From Rhabdothermincola salaria (GTDB lineage Bacteria; Actinomycetota; Acidimicrobiia; Acidimicrobiales; Acidimicrobilacustridaceae), in contig NZ_JAJQXW010000001.1 of NCBI RefSeq assembly GCF_021246445.1, forward strand, positions 186,001 to 250,000: DNA of 64,000 bases, in the 5' to 3' direction. Under the pieces are notes generated by a model. That model ran no database searches. It was not told where the DNA came from and saw only the letters and a program-made list of their open reading frames with translations. Positions 28,904 through 38,783 of the stretch are shown in pieces. Each line of letters begins with the position of its first letter. Position 1 is the first letter of the stretch. The position numbers were made by a program, and so were the translations under genes.

Positions 28904-29315
28904 CTTCAAGGGCTCCCAGACCCAGGAAAACCTCAAGGAGGCGTTCGCCGGCGAGAGCCAGGCCAACCGCCGCTACCTCTACTTCGCCCAGAAGGCCGAC
29001 GTCGAGGGCTACCCCGACGTGGCTGCCCTGTTCCGCTCCGTCGCCGAGGGCGAGACCGGTCACGCCTTCGGTCACTTTGACTTCCTCGCCCAGGTCGGCG
29101 ACCCCGTCACCGACGAGCCCGTCGGCCCCACCGCCGACAACCTCAAGTCGGCCATCGCCGGCGAGACCTACGAGTACACGGAGATGTACCCCGGCTTCGC
29201 CAAGACCGCCCGCGAGGAGGGCTTCACCGAGGTCGCCGAATGGCTCGAGACGCTCGCCCGCGCCGAGAAGAGCCACGCCGGCCGCTTCACCGAGGGCCTG
29301 TCCGCCATCTCCTGA
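28896..29315 (+). CDS. Rubrerythrin (short type, no rubredoxin domain)
   Basis: [36 protein letters not shown]. Confidence 0.93.
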   Translation: MADFKGSQTQENLKEAFAGESQANRRYLYFAQKADVEGYPDVAALFRSVAEGETGHAFGHFDFLAQVGDPVTDEPVGPTADNLKSAIAGETYEYTEMYPGFAKTAREEGFTEVAEWLETLARAEKSHAGRFTEGLSAIS

Positions 29316-29340
29316 TCGGACGTCTCGGTACCGAACACCT

Positions 29341-29366
29341 GGTGGCCGCCCCTCGGGGCGGCCACC
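29341..29366. terminator. GC-rich hairpin after rubrerythrin
   Basis: GGTGGCCGCCCC-TC-GGGGCGGCCACC. Confidence 0.55.
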
Positions 29367-29480
29367 CGCCGTTTCGGGGGTGCCCCATGGCACTGCCGAT
29401 CCCCGGCTCCGATGCCCGTCCCGAGCCGGGCCGCCCCTACGCTGCGACCGGTGCCTGCGTGGCTGTCCCAGGAGGATCCC

Positions 29481-30071
29481 ATGTCCAAGCTCACCCTCGA
29501 CGACATCTCCGACCTGCGTGCCTACGAGCGCGAGCGCGCCGAGTTCCGGGCTCGCGTCATAGAGCTCAAGGCCAAGCGGCGCGTGCACGTCGGGCCGTTC
29601 GTCACCTTCGTCTTCGAGAACCGCGACACCATCCGCTTCCAGATCCAGGAGATGGCACGCGTCGAGAAGATCATCTCCGACACCGGCATCGAGGGCGAGC
29701 TGCGGGCCTACAACCCGCTCATCCCCGACCCCGGGCACCTGTCGGCCACCATGTTCATCGAGCTCACCACCGAGGCCGAGCTGAGGGAGTGGCTGCCCAA
29801 GCTGGTGGGGGTCGAGCGCTCCGTCGAGCTGCGCATCGGACCTGACGCCGAAGCGATCCCATGCCTGCTCGATCCCGCCCACGAGGCTCAGCTCACCCGG
29901 GACGAGATCACCGCGTCGGTGCACTACGTGGGCTGGGAGCTCGACCCGTCCCAGATCGAGGCGTTCACCGCCGGGCCGGTCGTGCTCGCCGTCACGCATC
30001 CCGAGTACCACCACGAACTGGAGCTCTCCGAGGTGACCCGGGCCGAGCTGCTCGCCGACCTGCGGGGCTGA
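29481..30071 (+). CDS. DUF3501 family protein
   Basis: [35 protein letters not shown]; follows rubrerythrin. Confidence 0.88.
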   Translation: MSKLTLDDISDLRAYERERAEFRARVIELKAKRRVHVGPFVTFVFENRDTIRFQIQEMARVEKIISDTGIEGELRAYNPLIPDPGHLSATMFIELTTEAELREWLPKLVGVERSVELRIGPDAEAIPCLLDPAHEAQLTRDEITASVHYVGWELDPSQIEAFTAGPVVLAVTHPEYHHELELSEVTRAELLADLRG

Positions 30072-30161
30072 GGGGCCATTTGGACTTCGGCGTCCGGGGC
30101 GGGTGATACTCGAACGTCCTGTCGTCGACCACCGCTCCAGCGGAGGAGCCGAGCTCTCCCG

Positions 30162-30398
30162 ATGAACCCCCTCTGGCGCTCAAAGGCCGCCTGCAAGGGT
30201 CTCGAACCCGAGATCTTCTACCCCTCGTCGGAAGACGAGGACGACGCCGTACCCGCCAAAGCGGTCTGTGCGGAGTGCGTCGTGCGGGAGGCCTGTCTCG
30301 AGCATGCGTTGGCCATCAGGGAGAAGGACGGCATCTGGGGTGGCGCCACCGAACGTGAGCGCCGGCGCATCATCCGGCAGCGCCGCCGGACGGCCTGA
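30162..30398 (+). CDS. WhiB family transcriptional regulator
   Basis: W...[22 protein letters not shown]. Confidence 0.95.
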   Translation: MNPLWRSKAACKGLEPEIFYPSSEDEDDAVPAKAVCAECVVREACLEHALAIREKDGIWGGATERERRRIIRQRRRTA

Positions 30399-30453
30399 CG
30401 CCCGCCGGTAGGGTCGCTTCGCACCCGACCGCCCCCGGATCAGGAGACCCGTC

Positions 30454-31527
30454 GTGACGACCGAACCCGCCGACCTGCTCGTAGCGCACGGTGGGTGGCC
30501 GGGCATCCTCGGCACCTTGACCGCCGGCGGCGACCTGAGCGCCGAGGCCGCGGGGGCCGCGCTCGGTGAGATCCTGGCCGGCCGGGCGACCGATGCCCAG
30601 ATCGCGGCGTTCATCGTGGCGTTGCGCATGAAGGGCGAGACCGTCGACGAGGTGGCGGGCCTGGTCGACGCCATGTTGGCCGCCGCCGCGCCGATCGAGC
30701 TGCCCCCGGGGCCGGATCCCGTCGACATCGTGGGCACGGGCGGCGGGCCCAGCCGCCGGGCGCACGCCCTCAACGTGTCCACCATGGCCAGCTTCGTGGC
30801 CGGCGGCGCAGGGGCGCGCGTCGTCAAGCACGGGAACCGCAAGGCGTCGTCCACCTCCGGCTCGGTCGACCTGCTCGAAGCCCTCGACGTGGTCGTCGAC
30901 CTCGACGGCGTGGGCGTGGCCCACTGCGTGGAGCAGGCCGGGGTGGGCTTCTGCTTCGCCCGCAGCTTCCATCCGGCCATGCGCCACGCCGGACCGGTGC
31001 GCAGCGAGCTCGGCGTGCCGACCGTGTTCAACTTCCTCGGGCCCTTGTCGCACCCGGCCGGCGTCACCCGCCAGGTGGTCGGGGTGGCCGACGGTCGGCT
31101 GGCGCCGCTCGTCGCCGGGGTCCTGCTCGAGCGAGGTGCACCCCGGGCGATGGTGGTGGCCGGGGCCGACGGCACCGACGAGCTCACCACCACCGGTCCG
31201 AGCGAGGTCCACGAGATCCGCGACGGCCAGCTGGGCACCTTCCTCGTGGAACCAGCCGACCTGGGCTTGACGGTGGTGGACGTGGCGGCCGTGGCCGGCG
31301 GCGACCCGGTCGCCAACGCCGGCATCACCCGGCGGGTGCTCGCCGGGGAGGAAGGTCCCTACCGCGACATCGTGGTGCTCAACGCCGCGGCCGCGCTGGT
31401 GGTGGCCGAGGTGGTCGACGACCTGCCCGCCGGACTCGACGCCGCTCGGGGATCGATCGATTCGGGCGCGGCCGCCGAGGTGCTCGCTCGCCTGGTCACC
31501 GCCTCGCACGAGGCCGCCCGCTCCTGA
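30454..31527 (+). CDS. trpD: Anthranilate phosphoribosyltransferase
   Basis: DIVGTGG, NVST, KHGNR, GSVDLLE, FNFLGPL, DE. Confidence 0.93.
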   Translation: MTTEPADLLVAHGGWPGILGTLTAGGDLSAEAAGAALGEILAGRATDAQIAAFIVALRMKGETVDEVAGLVDAMLAAAAPIELPPGPDPVDIVGTGGGPSRRAHALNVSTMASFVAGGAGARVVKHGNRKASSTSGSVDLLEALDVVVDLDGVGVAHCVEQAGVGFCFARSFHPAMRHAGPVRSELGVPTVFNFLGPLSHPAGVTRQVVGVADGRLAPLVAGVLLERGAPRAMVVAGADGTDELTTTGPSEVHEIRDGQLGTFLVEPADLGLTVVDVAAVAGGDPVANAGITRRVLAGEEGPYRDIVVLNAAAALVVAEVVDDLPAGLDAARGSIDSGAAAEVLARLVTASHEAARS

Positions 31528-31582
31528 CGGCACCTCCCGGATGGGCGGCCGCGGGCCGCTGAGAGGACCCGCGCCGGGGATG

Positions 31583-32242
31583 TCAGCCGGCGGCGGCAGG
31601 CGGCGAGGACGAGGCTTCGGGGGCCGGCGCCAGCGGCGAGACCGGTGCGTGGGCCTTGCGCTCGAGCGGGGCCAGGACCACCTCGACGTCGCCCAGGCCG
31701 GAGGCCCGTTCGATGGCGTCGAGCTCGTCGCCGGCGGCGTCGAGCAGGTCGAGTTGCTCGTTGAGGCGGGCCAGCACCTCCGGGGGCTGCTGGCTCAGCT
31801 CCCAGCCCGTGGCCACCGCTCCGGCCGGGCGGCTCAGACGCGACAGGCGGATGGACAGCTGCTCGACCTCGTCGACCTGGGACTGCAGCGTGGCCATGAG
31901 CGCTCGACGGCTGCGGCGTGGGTGACGCGACGCCACGACGAGGTGGTGGTCGATCTCCACCGCCTGGTACTCGAGCTCGCGGCGCATGTCGTCGACCGAG
32001 CCGGTGGACTGGGCGCGCCGGCTGGGGGCCAGGTGGATCTCGGTGACCGCGCCCTGCAGGCGGCGGTGCAGACGGGCGGGTTGGGTGGGTGACCACAGCC
32101 ACAGCAGCGGCGCCGGGCTCTTGACCGCCGGGCTGACGCGGTTGCGTCGCTGCAGCTTCCAGCGGGCCACCACGACGGCCAGCGTGAGCAGCACGATCCA
32201 GGTGGTGACGAAGGCGAGGAGGAAGACGGCCAGGTTGCGCAT
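31583..32242 (-). CDS. Single-pass membrane protein with helical/coiled-coil C-terminus
   Basis: N-terminal hydrophobic helix; starts 8 nt after the nuclease stop. Confidence 0.75.
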   Translation of the reverse strand: MRNLAVFLLAFVTTWIVLLTLAVVVARWKLQRRNRVSPAVKSPAPLLWLWSPTQPARLHRRLQGAVTEIHLAPSRRAQSTGSVDDMRRELEYQAVEIDHHLVVASRHPRRSRRALMATLQSQVDEVEQLSIRLSRLSRPAGAVATGWELSQQPPEVLARLNEQLDLLDAAGDELDAIERASGLGDVEVVLAPLERKAHAPVSPLAPAPEASSSPPAAAG

Positions 32243-32250
32243 CGCAGGGC

Positions 32251-33942
32251 TCAGGGTACCGGCGCCACCTCACGATGACGTCGCGGGGCGGCACCCTTGG
32301 CCGGTTGGAACGTGGGCAGCGACGGGAGCGGTGAGGCCAGCTCGCCTTCGCAGAGGGACAGGGCCACGCGATCGGCGCTGCGGTCGAGCCAGGCGGCGAC
32401 GCACAGCGCCTCGTCGACCCGGTCGCGGGGCAGGGGTGCCGACGTGTCGGTGGAGGCGAGGAGGTCGAGGGGCCGCTCGAGCGGGGGTTCGGCGTCCGGA
32501 GGCCACACCCGGAGCAGGCGGCCGTGCTCGAGATCGGCACCGCTGCCGTCGGCGAGGTGCAGGCGCACGAACCCCGACCGGCGGAGGCTGTCGAGGCGGC
32601 GTTGGCGGCGTAGCGCGGCGGCCAGCGCGGCCGCCCGGTCACGAGCGTCCGCCGCTTCCTCGAAGCGCTCGGACGCGGCCAGCTCCTCGATGCGCCGGCG
32701 CAGTGGGTCGAGCAACAGATCGGGGTCGTGGCGCAGACCTCGCACCACTCGATCGACGACGGGCTGGTAGTCGACGGCCGACAGCCCGCCCGCGCACGGG
32801 CACAGGGTGACCCCGAGCTGGGCCGAGGCGCAGGCGGCCTGGCGGCTGGGGGTGCGGCCCACCCGGGCGGTGCAGCGTCGCAGGCGGCTGGCGGTGTGGA
32901 TGGCATCGACGACGAGCTGGGCGGACCGGCGCGACGTGAGGGGGCCGAGGTAGACGGCGCCGTCGTCCCTGGCCTCCTTGACGATCGAGAGTCGGGGGAA
33001 GGCCTCGTTCAAGGTGAGCTTGACGTAGACGTAGCGCCCCCACTCCCGAGCCTGCCGGTTGTAGCGGGGGCTGAAGCGCTGGATCAGCCGTACTTCGTGC
33101 ACCGCGGCCGCCAGCGTGTGGGGGTGGGCCACGTGGTCGATGCGGACGGTCTCGCGCAGCAGCGCGCCGATCTTGCGGCGCTCGTCGCCGGAGAAGTACG
33201 ACCGCACCCGGGCGCGGAGGTCGGTGGCCTTGCCCACGTAGAGCACATCGCCTCGGGCGTCGCGGAAGAGGTACACCCCAGGGGAGCGAGGGAGCCCCTC
33301 GGTGAGGCGGAGCTTGGCGGCCTGGGCGTGGCCGGCCATGGTGGGCAGGGTCAGGAGGTCGTCGAGGCCCGTCACCCCGAGGCGACCGGCCCGCTCGAGC
33401 AGCAGGTGCAGCAGGTCGCCGGTGGCGAGGGCGTCGTCGAGGGCGCGGTGCGACGGGCGATGGGGGAGTCGGAAGCGGTCGGCCAGGGTGCCGAGCTTGC
33501 AGTTGGGCACCTCCTCACGCACCAGGCGGCGGGCCAGGGCGACGGTGTCGACGCTGCGGTTGGTGAGGCGGGGTCGGTCGTCTGCCTCGAGGGCGGCCTG
33601 GAGGAACGACAGGTCGAAGCGGACGTTGTGGCCGACGATCACCGCGTCGCCGACGAACTCGAGCAGGCTCGGGAGGACGTCCTCGATGCGCGGCGCCGGC
33701 AGCACCATGGCCTCGGTGATCCCGGTGAGCACCGTGATGGTCGGTGGGATGGCCCGGCCCGGGTTGACGAGGGTCTGGAAGGTGCCGAGGCATTCACCGC
33801 CTCGGAGCTTCACGGCGCCGATCTCGGTGATGCCGCACGTCGTGGGCGAACCGCCGGTGGTCTCGAGGTCGACGACGCAGAACGTGACGTCGCGCAACGG
33901 TGTGCCGAGATCGTCGAGGGAGAGCTGTCCGGCGCGAGGCAC
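32251..33942 (-). CDS. DEDD exonuclease fused to GIY-YIG/UvrC-like domain (Rv2191-like)
   Basis: VDLETTG, GHNVRFD, HRALDDA; PGVYLF...LYVGKA..LRARVRSYF; UVR-like ERFEEAA. Confidence 0.92.
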   Translation of the reverse strand: MPRAGQLSLDDLGTPLRDVTFCVVDLETTGGSPTTCGITEIGAVKLRGGECLGTFQTLVNPGRAIPPTITVLTGITEAMVLPAPRIEDVLPSLLEFVGDAVIVGHNVRFDLSFLQAALEADDRPRLTNRSVDTVALARRLVREEVPNCKLGTLADRFRLPHRPSHRALDDALATGDLLHLLLERAGRLGVTGLDDLLTLPTMAGHAQAAKLRLTEGLPRSPGVYLFRDARGDVLYVGKATDLRARVRSYFSGDERRKIGALLRETVRIDHVAHPHTLAAAVHEVRLIQRFSPRYNRQAREWGRYVYVKLTLNEAFPRLSIVKEARDDGAVYLGPLTSRRSAQLVVDAIHTASRLRRCTARVGRTPSRQAACASAQLGVTLCPCAGGLSAVDYQPVVDRVVRGLRHDPDLLLDPLRRRIEELAASERFEEAADARDRAAALAAALRRQRRLDSLRRSGFVRLHLADGSGADLEHGRLLRVWPPDAEPPLERPLDLLASTDTSAPLPRDRVDEALCVAAWLDRSADRVALSLCEGELASPLPSLPTFQPAKGAAPRRHREVAPVP

Positions 33943-33955
33943 CCCACCAGTCTGG

Positions 33956-33984
33956 CGAACGCCCGTTCGGCGCACAAGTGTTCG
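33956..33984. promoter_or_regulatory. Tandem LexA (SOS) boxes
   Basis: CGAAC-GCCC-GTTCG (33956-33969, perfect) and CGCAC-AAGT-GTTCG (33971-33984, one mismatch). Confidence 0.8.
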
Positions 33985-34025
33985 TCGGCGCCGGTGGCTC
34001 GCCAGCGGCTGGGTAGGCTCCGGGC

Positions 34026-34280
34026 GTGACGAGCTCGCGCTACCGCTGCACGGCCTGTGGCAACCTGACCCGCTTCGACGTCACCAGCACGCGGACGACC
34101 CGGGCCTACCACCACTACTCGGTCGGTGGAGAGCTGCGGGTCGAGCACGAGGACGTCCTGGCCGAGGCGGTCGAGGACGTGTCGTGCCGGTGGTGCGGCA
34201 CGGGGACGTCGGTGGTGGAGCTGAGCGCGGCGGAGGCCGCCGCCCGGGCCCACGACGACACCGAGGGGTCGGCCCGCTGA
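34026..34280 (+). CDS. Small zinc-ribbon protein
   Basis: YRCTACGNLTRFDV...CRWCG; TAGGCT 6 nt before GTG. Confidence 0.85.
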   Translation: MTSSRYRCTACGNLTRFDVTSTRTTRAYHHYSVGGELRVEHEDVLAEAVEDVSCRWCGTGTSVVELSAAEAAARAHDDTEGSAR

Positions 34281-35743
34281 CCCCTGCCGAGGCGGCCCTG
34301 CTGCGGCCGGTCCTCGAGACGGCGGTCGCCGTGGCCCGCGACGGCCGACGGGCCAGCCCGGCGGTGCCCCCACCGGTGAGCCTGCGGCCCTATCTCGGTT
34401 TCCGGCGCCTGACCGGCCCGGCCCTGGACGCGGCGCTGAAGGCGCTCGAGGTCGACGAGGCGTTCCGGGCCCGTGTGCGCGCCGCGTCCGACTGGTCGGC
34501 GGCGGGGGAGCGCGATGGAGGCGATGACGAGCCGGACCCGTCTGCGACGGCCGCGGTGCTCGTCCTCGAGCAGGGCGAGGGCTGGCGGGCCGAGGTACAG
34601 GCCATGGCCTCGGTGCTCGAGGCCGAGGCCGAGGAGGTCGATGCCGTGTCTCGGGCTCGGCGCCTCGACCGCGACCGGGAGCGGTTGCGCACCGAGCGCG
34701 ACGAGGCCCTCACCGCCGCCCGAGCGGCCCGAGCTCAGCTCTCCGCGGCAGGGCGCGAGCTCTCCGAGCTCCAGGACGTGGTGGCCCAGCTGCGCCGGCG
34801 CCTGGACGAGGCCTCGCGAGCGAAGGCCGAGCTGACCGACGAACGCCAACGGGCGGTGCGCGACCTCAAGGCCACCGAGACCCGGCTGACCGCTCGTCAC
34901 GAGGAGCTCCGTCTCGCCCAGGCCGACAACCGGCGCCAGGCTGCCGAGCTGGACGATGCTCGCCAGCGGCTCCGGGAGCTCGAGGAGGCCGCCGAGGCAT
35001 CCGGGGGTGACGACCCCGGTCCGTCGGGATCGTCACCCCCGGAGTCCGGACCCGACGAACGCCGAGGGGACGACCTGCACCGTGGGCGCGCCGATCGAGC
35101 GAGGGTCGTCGCCGCGCTGGCGCGGGTGACCGACGCCGCCGCCGCGCTCACCGCGGCTCTGGGCTCGGTGTCGGAGGCCGTGGCGGGGGACCCGGCCGAA
35201 CCCACCCCGGTTCCGTCTCTCCATCCGACCGGGGCTCCCATCGTCGAACCTTCCTCGTCGGCACCGGACCCCGAGCGCGGCGGCGGTGCCCGGCGAGCGC
35301 CTCGCCTCCCCGTCGGGATGTTCGACGACTCGGTCGACGCCGCCGACCACCTGGCGCGGCTGCCGGGCGCAGTGGTGCTGGTCGACGGCTACAACGTGAG
35401 CCTCGAGGGATGGCCGTCGCTGGCGTTGCACGCGCAGCGGGACCGTCTGGTCGACGCCCTCGCCGGTCTCGCCGCCCGGACGGGCTGTCAGCCGCTGGTC
35501 GTCTTCGACGGCGCCGAGGAGGGTCGTGGCCTTCCGGGCGAATCGCGGCCCCGTGGCGTGCAGGTGCGCTTCACCGTGCCCGGCGTCGAGGCCGACGACG
35601 CTCTGTTGTCCCTGGTCGGGGAGTTTCCACTCGACCGGCCCGTGACGGTGGTGTCGAGCGACCGGCGGGTCGTGGCCGGCAGCGCGCGCCGGGGCGCGGC
35701 CTCGCTCTCCGCGTCGCAGCTGCTCGACCTGCTGGCCGGCTGA
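34277..35743 (+). CDS. Coiled-coil + NYN (YacP/Rae1-like) ribonuclease; start uncertain
   Basis: C-terminal LVDGYNV, VVFDG, ADD, VVSSDR. Confidence 0.85.
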   Translation: MTPAEAALLRPVLETAVAVARDGRRASPAVPPPVSLRPYLGFRRLTGPALDAALKALEVDEAFRARVRAASDWSAAGERDGGDDEPDPSATAAVLVLEQGEGWRAEVQAMASVLEAEAEEVDAVSRARRLDRDRERLRTERDEALTAARAARAQLSAAGRELSELQDVVAQLRRRLDEASRAKAELTDERQRAVRDLKATETRLTARHEELRLAQADNRRQAAELDDARQRLRELEEAAEASGGDDPGPSGSSPPESGPDERRGDDLHRGRADRARVVAALARVTDAAAALTAALGSVSEAVAGDPAEPTPVPSLHPTGAPIVEPSSSAPDPERGGGARRAPRLPVGMFDDSVDAADHLARLPGAVVLVDGYNVSLEGWPSLALHAQRDRLVDALAGLAARTGCQPLVVFDGAEEGRGLPGESRPRGVQVRFTVPGVEADDALLSLVGEFPLDRPVTVVSSDRRVVAGSARRGAASLSASQLLDLLAG

Positions 35744-35758
35744 TCAGCGGTCGGCGGC

Positions 35759-36328
35759 TCAGCTGGTCATGCCGCCGAGGCCGACGAGGCCCCGGGCCAG
35801 CTCGATCTCGCCCATGTGGCGCAGGCCGTGCTGGTAGAGCCAGCACTCGAGGCCGTCGAGCACGGTGATGCCCTCGGGCCCGGCCACCCGGGCGCTGTAG
35901 GTGCTGGCCACCTGCTCGGGGAAGGGTCGGGTGATCACGACCCGGCCGAACTCGGACGGATCCAGCCCGTCGAGGTAGGCCTCGGTGCGGTCGAAGACCG
36001 CCCGTTGGTAGGCCTTGAAGGCCTCGTAGTCGCCGATGCGCTGGTGCACCATCTCGTCGACGGTGCGGTGCTTGCCGTGGTCGTCGATCGCCATCTGCAC
36101 CCGGTCCTGCCATTCGGGGCCCCACAGCGGCTCGCTCCCGGTGATCAGGAAGAACCCCACCTCTTCCATGTTCGTGTAGTGGAACAGGGAGAAGGCGATG
36201 GGGAGGACCCCGGCGCGTTCGAAGTGGTTCACGTGGTCGATGTCCATGGTGGACACGGCCTGGTAGTAGAGCCCGTGCATCGCCGCCATCCGCCGCTGCA
36301 GCGAATCGAGGGTGAGGTCGGTGGTCAC
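35759..36328 (-). CDS. DinB/YfiT-superfamily (four-helix metal-binding) protein
   Basis: SLFHYTNME and QHGLRHMGEI histidine pattern; GGAGG SD before GTG. Confidence 0.75.
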   Translation of the reverse strand: MTTDLTLDSLQRRMAAMHGLYYQAVSTMDIDHVNHFERAGVLPIAFSLFHYTNMEEVGFFLITGSEPLWGPEWQDRVQMAIDDHGKHRTVDEMVHQRIGDYEAFKAYQRAVFDRTEAYLDGLDPSEFGRVVITRPFPEQVASTYSARVAGPEGITVLDGLECWLYQHGLRHMGEIELARGLVGLGGMTS

Positions 36329-36382
36329 GGAGGCCTCCCGGTCGGCCCACCCGGCCTCGTGCATGGCGGGCGTCACTCGGCT

Positions 36383-36411
36383 ACCGTAGATATTTGCACT
36401 TGTACTGTCAA
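36383..36411 (-). promoter_or_regulatory. Near-consensus housekeeping sigma promoter
   Basis: TTGACA-17 nt-TACGGT on the minus strand. Confidence 0.8.
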
Positions 36412-36497
36412 TACTTCCGGGCCGCCGCCACCGGCGAAGGCGCTTGCCGCCGGCAGGCCATCGGCGAGGGCGATCGGCCCGACGAGGGGAGCCGGTG

Positions 36498-38783
36498 ATG
36501 GTCCGACCACGGACGGGACCGCGTCCCGATGAGGGCTTCGACGGCGTGATCGGGAGGACGGTCGCCGACTCGACTCCCTCGTGGCCCGTGCCGGCCCACC
36601 CCGGTGCGGACGCCCCGGATGTCGTCGTGGTGCTCCTCGACGATCTCGGCTTCGCCCACCTCGGTTGCTTCGGCTCCGACCTCGAGACCCCCCGCATCGA
36701 CGCCTTGGCCGCGGGCGGCCTGCGCTTCACCGACTTCCACGTCACCCCGGTGTGCTCGCCCACCCGGGCGTCGCTGCTCACCGGACGGAACCACCACACC
36801 GTCGGCATGCGCGCCGTGTCCAACTTCAACACCGGCTTCCCCAACATGCGGGGCAAGGTCACCGACCGGGCCACGACCATGGCCGAGGTGCTCCGCGACG
36901 CCGGCTACGCCACCTTCGCGGTGGGCAAGTGGCACCTCACGCCCATGCACGAGGCGTCGGCCGCCGGGCCCTTCGACAGCTGGCCGCTGCAGCGGGGATT
37001 CGACCGCTTCTACGGCTTCCTCGACGGCGAGACCGACCAGTTCAGCCCCGATCTCGTCTGCGACAACCATCGCATCGACCCGCCCTCGACGCCGGAGGAC
37101 GGCTACCACCTGTCCGAGGACCTGGTCGACCAGGCCATCGCCATGATCCACGACACCGTGTCGATCCGCCCCGACCGGCCGTTCTTCACCTACCTGTCCT
37201 TCGGTGCCACCCACGCCCCCCACCAGGCCCCCGAGGAGTACCTCGCCCGCCAGCGCGGCCGGCACGACCACGGCTGGGACGTGGCCCGCGACCGCTGGTT
37301 CGCCCGCCAGAAGGATCTCGGCGTGATCGGTGCCGACACGCAGCTGGCGCCCCGGAACCCGGGGGTGGAGCCATGGGACTCCCTGCCCGACGACGACCGA
37401 CGGCTGGCCATCCGTCTCCAGGAGGCCTTCGCCGCCTTCCTCGAGCACACCGACACCCAGATCGGGCGACTGGTCGATGCCCTGCACCGTCTCGGTCGCC
37501 TCGACAACACCCTGCTCGTGGTCCTCTCCGACAACGGCGCCAGCCAGGAAGGGGGGCCCTTCGGCGTGCTGCACGAGATGAAGTTCTTCAACGGCGTGCT
37601 CGAGACCCCGGACCGGGCGGTACGCCACCTCGACGAGATCGGTGGTCCCCGCAGCCACGCCAACTACCCGTGGGGTTGGGCCCAGGCCGGCAACACCCCC
37701 TTCAAGTGGTACAAGCAGAACACCCACGAAGGTGGGGTCCACGTCCCGCTCGTGGTGCACTGGCCGAAGGGCGTGGCCGACCCCGGCGGTCTCCGCGACG
37801 GCTTCACCTATGTCACCGACCTGGCCCCCACCGTCTTCGACGCCGCCGGGGTGACCGCCCCCGACACCTACCGGGGCGTTCCCCAGCTGCCCATCACCGG
37901 GCGGTCGCTGGCCCCGTCGTTGTCGGGCCGGGCCACGGGCGACACCGGTCGGGTGCAGTACTTCGAGATGATGGGCCACAGGGGCCTCTACCTCGACGGG
38001 TGGAAGGCCGTCACCCGCCACCAGCCCGGCGTGCCCTTCGACGACGACGTGTGGGAGCTCTACCACCTCGACGTCGACCGCTCCGAGTGCGACGACCGCG
38101 CCGCCTCGGAGCCCCAGCGGTTGGCCGCCATGGTGGACCGGTGGTGGATCGAGGCGGCCGAGCACGGCGTCCTGCCCCTCGACGACCGCACCGTGGAGCT
38201 GTTCGGCATCACGTTCGCCGAGCACACCCCGCACCCACCCAGCCGGCGCTACACCTACCGCCCGCCCATGACCACGCTGCCGGCGCAGGTGGCCGCCGCC
38301 ATCGCCGGCCGGAGCTGGGACCTCGCGGCCACCGTCGAGCGGTCGTCACGCCAGGACGGCGTCCTGTACGCCCTCGGCAACGGCAACGCCGGGCTGTCGC
38401 TGTTCGTCGAGGGGGACCAGCTCGTCTTCGACTACAACGCCTTCGGCGAGCACACCGTGGTGGAGTCGACCGACCGCGTCCCGGTCGGCCGATCCGTCCT
38501 GGGGGTGCGGTTCCGGCGTACCGGGAGTGAGGGCGAGGTCACCCTCGTCGTCGACGGGCACGACTGCGGGACGGGCCGGGTCCCCTTCGTGATGCGCATC
38601 GTGTCGAGCGTCGGGGCCTCGGTGGGCCACGACCAGCGCCTCGCGGTGAGCGATCGCCACGACGGGCCCTTCCCCTTCGCCGGGACCCTCCACCGCGTCG
38701 ACATCGCCCTCGTCGACGTTCGCACCCCACCCGACCCGGCACAGGCCGAGGCCGAGGCCCGCACCGCCATGGGGCGCCAGTGA
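36498..38783 (+). CDS. Arylsulfatase (Cys-type, formylglycine-dependent)
   Basis: LDDLG, CSPTRASLLTG, GKWHL, SDNG. Confidence 0.93.
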   Translation: MVRPRTGPRPDEGFDGVIGRTVADSTPSWPVPAHPGADAPDVVVVLLDDLGFAHLGCFGSDLETPRIDALAAGGLRFTDFHVTPVCSPTRASLLTGRNHHTVGMRAVSNFNTGFPNMRGKVTDRATTMAEVLRDAGYATFAVGKWHLTPMHEASAAGPFDSWPLQRGFDRFYGFLDGETDQFSPDLVCDNHRIDPPSTPEDGYHLSEDLVDQAIAMIHDTVSIRPDRPFFTYLSFGATHAPHQAPEEYLARQRGRHDHGWDVARDRWFARQKDLGVIGADTQLAPRNPGVEPWDSLPDDDRRLAIRLQEAFAAFLEHTDTQIGRLVDALHRLGRLDNTLLVVLSDNGASQEGGPFGVLHEMKFFNGVLETPDRAVRHLDEIGGPRSHANYPWGWAQAGNTPFKWYKQNTHEGGVHVPLVVHWPKGVADPGGLRDGFTYVTDLAPTVFDAAGVTAPDTYRGVPQLPITGRSLAPSLSGRATGDTGRVQYFEMMGHRGLYLDGWKAVTRHQPGVPFDDDVWELYHLDVDRSECDDRAASEPQRLAAMVDRWWIEAAEHGVLPLDDRTVELFGITFAEHTPHPPSRRYTYRPPMTTLPAQVAAAIAGRSWDLAATVERSSRQDGVLYALGNGNAGLSLFVEGDQLVFDYNAFGEHTVVESTDRVPVGRSVLGVRFRRTGSEGEVTLVVDGHDCGTGRVPFVMRIVSSVGASVGHDQRLAVSDRHDGPFPFAGTLHRVDIALVDVRTPPDPAQAEAEARTAMGRQ

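Noticed and set aside
30111..30124. SOS box before whiB (CGAAC-GTCC-TGTCG)
   Set aside because: Two mismatches in one half-site; too weak to call
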